Positions 37,455 to 44,868 of a stretch of DNA of 64,000 nt are shown here, piece after piece. Within the stretch, counting starts at the first letter, position 1. Every line of letters begins with the position of its first letter. A model generated the notes under the pieces. It saw only the letters and a program-made list of their open reading frames with translations. It had not been told where the DNA came from and ran no database searches. A program made the position numbers and the translations under genes. This stretch comes from Candidatus Rariloculaceae bacterium. GTDB lineage: Bacteria > Pseudomonadota > Gammaproteobacteria > Steroidobacterales > Rariloculaceae. The stretch covers positions 2,616,582-2,680,581 of the forward strand of contig OZ245000.1 of NCBI GenBank assembly GCA_965223375.1, given 5' to 3'.

Positions 37455-38050
37455 AACGGGCTGATCGAGCGCTCCGGCGACAGGTGCAGGTAACCGACGT
37501 TCACACCCTGGCGCCAGCCGACACCGAAGCGGACAGGGGCGAGTAGCGTGTTGCCGTTGCGGTTGTAATTCACACTGATCCCGCCGACGACGTAGAGGCT
37601 GCCTTCGACGCCGCCGTACCGCGTGTAGAGCGCGTCCAGAGACTCGAGATCGTAAACGAGAATGAACGCCTGCGACGCGCTGCCGCCGACATCGAGGCCG
37701 ACCGACGGACCCCGCCAGAAGACGTCGGCTGTCGTCCCATCACTCGCGTACAGCGTCCCCCGCCCGTAGCGCAGGCCCACGCCGAGCGCACCGCCGCCTT
37801 CTTCGCCCTTGATGTAGGCACTAGGGTTGCCGCGATCGCGAAACAGGCGATTCACGACCTCGGCCAGCCCCTCGGCGCCGCGGCCGAAAAACGCCCGGGC
37901 TTCGCGCAGCACGACATCGCGATCATGCGTGCCGCTGACCGGGCCGGTAGGCGAATCGGTCGATCGCGTCGACGCGCAGCCGCCGAGCAGTGCTGCGACG
38001 ATCAGCACGAAACCGACGAGGTTGCCAGTGCGCCGCATGCGTCTGCTCAC
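37451..38050 (-). CDS. putative lipoprotein (Gly-rich; possibly DUF1134-like, unverified)
   Basis: Lipobox VAALLGGC|AST. Start is either the GTG at 38050 (overlapping the upstream stop) or the ATG at 38038. ~190 aa. Confidence 0.6.
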   Translation of the reverse strand: MSRRMRRTGNLVGFVLIVAALLGGCASTRSTDSPTGPVSGTHDRDVVLREARAFFGRGAEGLAEVVNRLFRDRGNPSAYIKGEEGGGALGVGLRYGRGTLYASDGTTADVFWRGPSVGLDVGGSASQAFILVYDLESLDALYTRYGGVEGSLYVVGGISVNYNRNGNTLLAPVRFGVGWRQGVNVGYLHLSPERSISPF

Positions 38051-38508
38051 GAGTCGAACAGCGCGTCGGCGCGTGCGCGCGCGGCCGCAGTCTGATCATC
38101 GGCGCCGGCATCGCCGGCCGCCTGCGCGGCATCCGCATCACCGGCCGTTGCGGCGTCGCCGGCCGGCTTGCCTCCCGACTCCGCGTCGGGGCCCTCGCCG
38201 AACAACGCGGCGAGCTGATCGCGGGCCTGATCATCGGCGGCTCGAAGGCTGCCGTCGAACGCATTCGGGTCGGGCCGGAAGTAGTCGCAGAAGTTCGCGC
38301 GCGCCTTCTCGTTGACCGTTTCGGCGTCGTCCTCGGTGCAGCCGTCCGGTGCGGTCGGCGCGTAATGCCGGCACATCCGGCAGACGTGCAGATCGACCTG
38401 GCACGCCGGGCAGTTGTCGAGTCGCGACAGCGGCAGCGTCAGACGGGCGAGCCCCGCACCGCAGCGGTAGCACCTGAGCTCCGATTCGTGGTTGTCGTCC
38501 TGCTTCAT
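38047..38508 (-). CDS. Cys-rich zinc-ribbon-like protein with acidic disordered tail
   Basis: From the ATG at 38508: MKQDDNHESELRCYRCG...NCPACQ...VCRMCRHY...GCTE...FCDYF. Three CxxC pairs, then an Ala/Asp/Gly-rich tail. The ORF track TTG start at 38631 would collide with the rhomboid start. Confidence 0.5.
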   Translation of the reverse strand: MKQDDNHESELRCYRCGAGLARLTLPLSRLDNCPACQVDLHVCRMCRHYAPTAPDGCTEDDAETVNEKARANFCDYFRPDPNAFDGSLRAADDQARDQLAALFGEGPDAESGGKPAGDAATAGDADAAQAAGDAGADDQTAAARARADALFDS

Positions 38509-38630
38509 CCTGTCGTCGTGTTCCCGCCGGCGCAGCCGGTGCGTGCGGTTCGCAGCCGGACCCTGGGAACAGGGCTCCGCGGCTACAGCGTCTACACTGC
38601 GGACAGTAACGCCGGACAGGTGAATGCTCA

Positions 38631-39515
38631 ATGTCCACCGATTCCCGGGAATCGACGCTGGTTTTCTCGACCCGCGATCATCGCGCGGCCGCCGAGGTGG
38701 CGCTGGTGCTCGAAGCGCGCGGCATTTCGGTCGATCACGAGCAGGTCGGGCGCTTGTCGGTCATTCGCGTGCCACCGGACCTGCTGGCACTCGCGCGCAC
38801 CGAGCTCGACCACTACATCCGTGAAAACAGCGAGTTTGCGCCGGCCGCGCCACCTCCACCGCTGACCGGGTCCGGGCCGGCCGGCGTCATCGTCTACCTG
38901 GCCGTGCTGGTGCTCGTCGTGCCGGCCGTCTCATACGGGCTCTTCGGCCGGGACTGGGTGGCTGCCGGTCGCGTCGATTCAGCGGCGATCTTTGCCGGCG
39001 ACTGGTGGCGGGCGGTCACGTCCCTGACACTCCACGCCGACGCGGCGCATCTGCTCGGCAACGCGGGCTTCGGCGCGTTCTTCGGCTACTCGCTGGCCCG
39101 CTCGGTAGGGGGCGGCTTCGCCTGGCTACTGATCGTGCTGAGCGGTGCCACCGGCAACCTGGCGAATGCCTGGCTGGCAGGCCCCGGGCACCGCGCGATC
39201 GGCGCGTCGACGGCCGTGTTCGCAGCACTCGGCATCCTGACCTCGCTCAGCTGGCGCCAGGCGTTCCGCGGCTGGCACGGCTGGCGGCAGCGGGTCGCAC
39301 CGATTGCAGCCGGGATCGGTCTGCTGGCGTTCACCGGCACCGGCGGCGAGAACACGGATCTCGGCGCACACCTGCTGGGATTCGTTGCGGGTTTCGGCTG
39401 CGGTGTCCTGGTCGCAGCGCTCGGCAAGCCGGAACGGCCTGCTGCTCAGCTCGCCTGCGGTGCGCTCGCGCTCGCGCTGATTGCCGGATCCTGGTTCCTC
39501 GCGCTTGCGGATTGA
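38631..39515 (+). CDS. rhomboid family intramembrane serine protease
   Basis: N-terminal soluble domain and six TM segments. HADAAHLLGN, catalytic GASTAVFAALG (GxSxxxF) and HLLGFVAGF (His). Confidence 0.85.
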   Translation: MSTDSRESTLVFSTRDHRAAAEVALVLEARGISVDHEQVGRLSVIRVPPDLLALARTELDHYIRENSEFAPAAPPPPLTGSGPAGVIVYLAVLVLVVPAVSYGLFGRDWVAAGRVDSAAIFAGDWWRAVTSLTLHADAAHLLGNAGFGAFFGYSLARSVGGGFAWLLIVLSGATGNLANAWLAGPGHRAIGASTAVFAALGILTSLSWRQAFRGWHGWRQRVAPIAAGIGLLAFTGTGGENTDLGAHLLGFVAGFGCGVLVAALGKPERPAAQLACGALALALIAGSWFLALAD

Positions 39516-39575
39516 ACCCGGTCCAGCCTCAATCGGGCAGCGGGCAGCAGCCGGACGGCGCTCCGGCGGTGCAGC

Positions 39576-40412
39576 TCAGTCCAGCACCGATGCCACCAGC
39601 GCGAGGAAGTCGTCCTCACCACTGACGGTCGCAATCGACGCAGCCGGAATCGTGTACCCGTACTCGGCCGCCATCCGCTCGTAAAGCGGTGCCCGATGGG
39701 CGAGCAGCGCCGGAAAGATCCAGCGGACGAACTCGTCGGGCACGATCTGGTCCGGGTCGTCGAGGCCGGTCTGGTCGAGATACTCGGCCAGCTTGCTGTC
39801 CAGAAACGCTTCCTGGTAGTAGAGCGGCTTGGGGCTCGTGATCGCGCGTTCGATCAGTTGCTGCTCCATGTCGGCATCGGGCTGCAGATAAAGGATCAGC
39901 GTGTGCTCCGCCAGCGTCCGGGTCGTCGTCTCGTCATCGAGCTCGACGATGCTGCCACCCGCGTCGTTCATGAAGTGGTCGTAACCGTAAATCGTTTGCG
40001 CCTTCTCGATGAAGTAGGCGACGTCGCGCATGGCCCCTATCTCGGCTTCGCGGTGCAACCGTTGCCGTTTCTTGAACTCATCGACCGGCAGGCCACCGAG
40101 GTCGGGCCGACCGATCTTGCCGAGGAAGGTCGCCACCGGCGCGAGATTGTTCACGGTGACGTTGCTGGCAATATAGATCGAGTCGCTGCGCAACAGGTCG
40201 CGAAGGAAACCGACCTGCATCGCCTGACGCTTGATGTTGTCGAGGATCGGCTCGGCCAGATACTTCGTTCCGATGCGGTAGTCGCCGGAGTAATGAAACC
40301 ATTCCGATTGCGGCAGCTGCGATGCGAGACGCGTCTTGCCGACGCCCGACATGCCGAGCAGCGTCACGGCCTTGTGCGGCCATCGCAGGAATTCCGACTG
40401 CGTCATTCTCAT
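39576..40412 (-). CDS. P-loop NTPase/kinase-like protein, function unknown
   Basis: Walker A LLGMSGVGKTRLAS near the N-terminus. 278 aa. No further family assignment is possible. Confidence 0.7.
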   Translation of the reverse strand: MRMTQSEFLRWPHKAVTLLGMSGVGKTRLASQLPQSEWFHYSGDYRIGTKYLAEPILDNIKRQAMQVGFLRDLLRSDSIYIASNVTVNNLAPVATFLGKIGRPDLGGLPVDEFKKRQRLHREAEIGAMRDVAYFIEKAQTIYGYDHFMNDAGGSIVELDDETTTRTLAEHTLILYLQPDADMEQQLIERAITSPKPLYYQEAFLDSKLAEYLDQTGLDDPDQIVPDEFVRWIFPALLAHRAPLYERMAAEYGYTIPAASIATVSGEDDFLALVASVLD

Positions 40413-40461
40413 CGTGTCAGCTTTCCGGAACCTGTCTGCGCGCGGGAAGCCGGATTATAAG

Positions 40462-43400
40462 GTGGGATTGGACATCGTCGGCAAAGTCGCGGATGCTGCG
40501 GACGTGCCACTGAAAGACTTCCATCCCGCGGTCGGCGACTGGTTCTCTGCCACGTTCGACGCACCCACACCGGTTCAGGAGCGCGCCTGGGCTGCGATTG
40601 CGTCTGGCCGCCACGCCCTGATCAGCGCGCCAACCGGCGCCGGCAAGACGCTGGCGGCGTTTCTTGCGGTGATCGACAGTCTCGTTCGGGACGCGGTCGC
40701 CGGCGGCCTCGAGGACCGCACCCGCGTGCTGTACGTTTCGCCGCTGAAAGCGCTGTCGAACGATATCCAGAAGAACCTGCAGCAGCCGCTGGACGGTATT
40801 CGCAGTGCGCTGGCCGGGCGACTGCTCGATGACGCGCCGATCCGCGCGCTCGTGCGAACCGGCGATACGCCGCAGTCCGAGCGGGCGCGGATGCGCCGAC
40901 AGCCACCGCACATCCTGGTTACGACACCGGAGTCGCTCTATATCCTGCTGACCTCCGAATCCGGACGCGACATGCTGTCCGGCGTTCGCACCGTCATCGT
41001 CGACGAGATTCACGCGCTCGCCGGAAACAAGCGCGGCGCGCACCTGGCGCTCTCGCTGACGCGGCTGGAGGCGCTCTGCGAGGAGTCGCCGGTTCGGGTC
41101 GGTATTTCGGCGACGATCCGGCCGATAGCAACGGTCGCGAAGTTTCTGACCGGTCACGAGACCCCGAACTGCGAGATCATCGACGAAGGCCACGTGCGTG
41201 AGCGCGATCTGTCCCTGCTGCTGCCGTCGTCACCGCTCGAGGCGATCATGCCGAACGAGGTCTGGGGGGAAATATACGACCGCCTCGCGGAGTTGATCGA
41301 AGCCCACCGGACGACGCTGTTGTTCGTCAACACGCGGCGTCTGGCCGAGCGTGTCGCCCGGCATCTCGCCGATCGCGTCGGCGAGGATTGCGTAACGTCG
41401 CATCACGGCAGTCTCGCCAAGGAACACCGCCTTCGCGCCGAAGAGCGACTGAAAGCCGGTGAGCTGCGGGCGATCGTCGCTACATCCTCGCTCGAGCTCG
41501 GGATCGACATCGGCGACGTCGATCTCGTCTGTCAGCTAGGTTCGCCACGCTCGATCTCGGCGTTCCTGCAGCGGGTCGGTCGATCGGGCCACGGCGTCGG
41601 CCGCGTGCCGAAAGGGCGACTGCTGCCGCTGTCCCGCGATGAGCTGGTCGAATCGGTGGCGCTCCTGGGCGGTGTCGCCGACCGCAGCCTCGATGCGTTG
41701 ACGCTCTGCGACGGCGCTCTCGACGTGCTGGCTCAGCAAATCGTCGCCGAGCTCGGGATGCGTGAGTGGGAGGTCGATGCATTGTTCGCGCTCGTGCGGA
41801 GCGCGTATACCTATCGTGAATTGAAGCGCGAGGACTTTCTCGCCGTCGTCGAGATGCTGGCCGACGGCTTCACGACCCACCGTGGCCGGCGCAGCGCACA
41901 CATTCACTACGACCGCGTCAACGGCGTGCTGCGCGGCCGCAAGGGTGCGCGGCTGACGTCGATCACGAACGGCGGGGCAATACCGGACCAGTTCGACTTC
42001 GACGTCGTCCTGCTGCCGGAGGAGTTTCCGATTGGCAGCGTCAACGAGGACTTTGCGACCGAGAGTCTGGCCGGCGACATTTTTCAGCTCGGCAATACGT
42101 CCTACCGGATACTGCAGGTCACGTCGGGAAAGGTGCTGGTCGAGGATGCGAAGGGCCTGCCGCCTTCGATACCTTTCTGGTTCGGCGAGGCGCCCGGGCG
42201 CAGCGACGAGCTGTCCGCGAGCGTGTCGGCCTTGCGGCAACGCATCGACGGTGCGCTGGCGGCCACCGCCGGTGGGGCAGATGTCGACGCGGTGGCCGAA
42301 CGGATCGCAAGGCAGTACGGCATCGATCGGAGCGCGGCGGAGCAGCTCGTCGAATATCTGGCGGCCGCGAGGGCAGCGCTCGGTGGGCTGCCGACGCTCG
42401 ATCGAATCTACTTCGAGCGGTTCTTCGACGAGGCCGGCGACACGCATCTGGTCATTCACTCGCCGTTCGGCTCGCGCGTCAATCGCGCCTGGGGGCTCGC
42501 GCTCAGAAAGTCCTTCTGCCGTCGCTTCAACTTCGAGCTGCAGGCGGCCGCGCTCGAGGATTCGATCATCCTGTCACTGGGCGCCGTGCACAGTTTCGGC
42601 CTCGACGAGGTAAGCCGATATCTGTCGCGCGCATCCGCGCGGCGCGTGCTCGAGCAGGCAGTGCTCGGCGCGCCGGTGTTTCCGACCCACTGGCGCTGGA
42701 ATGCAACGATCGCGCTTGCCGTCAGGCGCTTTCAGGGTGGCCGCAAGAAGGCCCCGCAGCTGCAGCGCATGGACGCGGAAGATTTGCTGTCGACGGTTTT
42801 TCCGGAGCAGCTCGCATGCGCCGAAAACCTGCCCGGCGGTGATTTGCCGATCCCGGATCACCCGCTCGTCGCGCAGACGTTGCGCGACTGCCTCGACGTC
42901 GTCATGGATGTCGACGGGCTCGAGCGCTTGCTCGCCGGCGTGGAGTCGGGCGCGATCGCGATCGAATGCCGTGACCTGACCAGCCCCTCGCCGCTCGCGC
43001 AGGAAATTCTCGGCGCGCGGCCCTATGCGTTTCTCGACGATGCGCCGGCCGAGGAGCGGCGTACGCTCGCGGTTCAGTCGCGCCGTTACATGGATGTCGA
43101 GCAGGCCGCGACGCTCGGGCGCCTCGATGCAGCCGCGATCGAACGGGTCTGCGAGGAGGCCTGGCCGCGGATCACGACGCCGGACGAATTGCACGACGCG
43201 TTGCTGCTGCTCGGCTGCATCAGCGACGACGATCTTGCCCGCGGTGGCAGTGACCCGCAGTACGTCCGTGCCCACCTCGGGCAGCTCAAGGCAGCCGGCA
43301 GGGTGGCGCGTTTCGTGCCGCCCGCAGCCGGCGAGCTCTGGGTCGCCACCGAGCGCGTTGCCGAGTTCGAGCTCGCGTTTCCGGCCGGCCAGGTGCTCGA

Positions 43401-44826
43401 TAAGGTTGCACGATTTCCAGCCGGCGTCGCCGACGGGGATGCGGCGCTGCGCGAGATCGTGCGCAGCAGGCTCGAGGGTCTGGGTCCCGCGAGCGTCGAG
43501 GCGATCGCCGGGCCTTTCGGTCTCGCGCCGGGAGCGATCGCGATTCCGCTGGCAGCTCTCGAGCAGCAGGGCATCGTGATGCGCGGACGGTTCTCGGGTG
43601 TCGACACCGAGGAATGGTGCGAGCGCCGTCTGCTGGCGCGGATTCATCGCTACACGCTGAAGCGGCTGCGCCGGGAGATCGAGCCGGTAACGCTCGCCGA
43701 CATGCAGCGTTTCCTGTTCCGCTGGCAGGGTCTCGGCGATGCCCGCCGCGAAGGTGGCGCGGCGCTCGAAGCCGTGCTGGCCGAGCTAAAGGGTCTCGCG
43801 CTGCCGGCCGTGGTCTGGGAGCGTGAGGTGCTGCCGGCACGTATCGCCGACTATGCGCCTTCGCAGCTCGACGAGCTTTCCGGTGCCGGGCGTTTCGTCT
43901 GGTGGCGGCCACGTCTGGGGACCAGCGCGCGGTCCACGGTCGCGGCTTCGCCGGTCGCGCTCGTGCCGCGCGGCGACCTGCCGTTCTGGGAGCCGGTCGG
44001 TGCTGTCGGCGAGACGGCAGAGGCGACACAGGCAGATGCGGACGACCTGTCAGCGCATGCCGCCCGGGTCCACGCGGCGCTCGTCGTCGGCGGCGCGCTG
44101 TTCTTCGCGGATCTGGTCGCCGACACCGGCCTGTTGCGCGTGCAGGTCGAGGATGCGCTCGGGGAGCTCGTTGCCCGCGGCATCGTGACATCCGATGCGT
44201 TCAGTGGCCTGCGTGCCGTCATTTCGCCGCAGCGGCAGCGGCCGTCTTTCGGCCGCGCGCGACGCCGCGGCCCGGTGCTCTCCGGGTTCGACCGCGCAGG
44301 CCGCTGGTCGCTGGTGCGCGGGGCGCCGGATTCGGTCGATCCTCAGGAACGGCTCGAGCACGTCGCCATGACGCTGCTCAGACGCTACGGTGTAGTCGCG
44401 CGTGCCATCGTCGCGCGGGAGGCGCTGATCCCGCCGTGGCGGGAGCTCGTCGCGATCTACCGGCGCTGGGAGGCGCAGGGAGAAATTCGCGGCGGGCGTT
44501 TCGTCGGACCCGTCGGGGGCGAGCAGTTTGCGCTGACCGAGGCTGTCGAGGCGCTCCGGCGTATCCGGCGGGAGCCGCCGACCGACGAGTGGATCGTGAT
44601 CTCGGCCGCCGACCCGCTGAATCTCGTGATCGGCGGTCAGGAGCGCCGCATCGCCGCCGTCGGCGCGAACCGGATCGCGTATCGCAACGGCGCCCGCGTC
44701 GCGGCCGCGGTCGGTCAGCGGATGGAAGCGCTGACCGAGCTCGACGCAGACAGTGTCGAAACGGCCCGACAGCTGCTGAGAGGGAATTTGGGGACAGTGA
44801 CCCTAATTCTGGGGCGACGGAACTAG
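40462..44826 (+). CDS. lhr: Lhr-like large ATP-dependent DNA helicase
   Basis: FHPAVGDWF...PTPVQERAW, APTGAGKTLAAFL (motif I), VIVDEIHAL (DEIH box), SATI, HHGSLAKE, ATSSLELGIDIG, QRVGRSGH. A long DEAD-associated/C-terminal extension follows (~1450 aa, like E. coli Lhr). The start is uncertain: GTG at 40462 is chosen because the track TTG at 40336 overlaps the divergent gene. The last ~14 codons lie inside a repeat element. Confidence 0.9.
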   Translation: MGLDIVGKVADAADVPLKDFHPAVGDWFSATFDAPTPVQERAWAAIASGRHALISAPTGAGKTLAAFLAVIDSLVRDAVAGGLEDRTRVLYVSPLKALSNDIQKNLQQPLDGIRSALAGRLLDDAPIRALVRTGDTPQSERARMRRQPPHILVTTPESLYILLTSESGRDMLSGVRTVIVDEIHALAGNKRGAHLALSLTRLEALCEESPVRVGISATIRPIATVAKFLTGHETPNCEIIDEGHVRERDLSLLLPSSPLEAIMPNEVWGEIYDRLAELIEAHRTTLLFVNTRRLAERVARHLADRVGEDCVTSHHGSLAKEHRLRAEERLKAGELRAIVATSSLELGIDIGDVDLVCQLGSPRSISAFLQRVGRSGHGVGRVPKGRLLPLSRDELVESVALLGGVADRSLDALTLCDGALDVLAQQIVAELGMREWEVDALFALVRSAYTYRELKREDFLAVVEMLADGFTTHRGRRSAHIHYDRVNGVLRGRKGARLTSITNGGAIPDQFDFDVVLLPEEFPIGSVNEDFATESLAGDIFQLGNTSYRILQVTSGKVLVEDAKGLPPSIPFWFGEAPGRSDELSASVSALRQRIDGALAATAGGADVDAVAERIARQYGIDRSAAEQLVEYLAAARAALGGLPTLDRIYFERFFDEAGDTHLVIHSPFGSRVNRAWGLALRKSFCRRFNFELQAAALEDSIILSLGAVHSFGLDEVSRYLSRASARRVLEQAVLGAPVFPTHWRWNATIALAVRRFQGGRKKAPQLQRMDAEDLLSTVFPEQLACAENLPGGDLPIPDHPLVAQTLRDCLDVVMDVDGLERLLAGVESGAIAIECRDLTSPSPLAQEILGARPYAFLDDAPAEERRTLAVQSRRYMDVEQAATLGRLDAAAIERVCEEAWPRITTPDELHDALLLLGCISDDDLARGGSDPQYVRAHLGQLKAAGRVARFVPPAAGELWVATERVAEFELAFPAGQVLDKVARFPAGVADGDAALREIVRSRLEGLGPASVEAIAGPFGLAPGAIAIPLAALEQQGIVMRGRFSGVDTEEWCERRLLARIHRYTLKRLRREIEPVTLADMQRFLFRWQGLGDARREGGAALEAVLAELKGLALPAVVWEREVLPARIADYAPSQLDELSGAGRFVWWRPRLGTSARSTVAASPVALVPRGDLPFWEPVGAVGETAEATQADADDLSAHAARVHAALVVGGALFFADLVADTGLLRVQVEDALGELVARGIVTSDAFSGLRAVISPQRQRPSFGRARRRGPVLSGFDRAGRWSLVRGAPDSVDPQERLEHVAMTLLRRYGVVARAIVAREALIPPWRELVAIYRRWEAQGEIRGGRFVGPVGGEQFALTEAVEALRRIRREPPTDEWIVISAADPLNLVIGGQERRIAAVGANRIAYRNGARVAAAVGQRMEALTELDADSVETARQLLRGNLGTVTLILGRRN

Positions 44827-44868
44827 GCCGACCGCAGATCCGGAATTAGGGTCACTGTCCCCAAATTC
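44784..44868. repeat. REP/MITE-like inverted-repeat element, family 1 (locus 2)
   Basis: gaatttggggacagtgaccctaattc (44784-44809) and its exact reverse complement (44843-44868) flank a 33-nt loop. It spans the lhr stop (44824-44826) and touches the TBDR stop (44867-44869). Confidence 0.9.

Noticed and set aside
40336-40461. ORF-track TTG start of lhr at 40336.
   Set aside because: It would overlap the divergent P-loop gene's first 77 nt, and it adds a non-conserved, Cys/Arg-rich leader. GTG at 40462 (or 40504) is more plausible, but the start remains uncertain.
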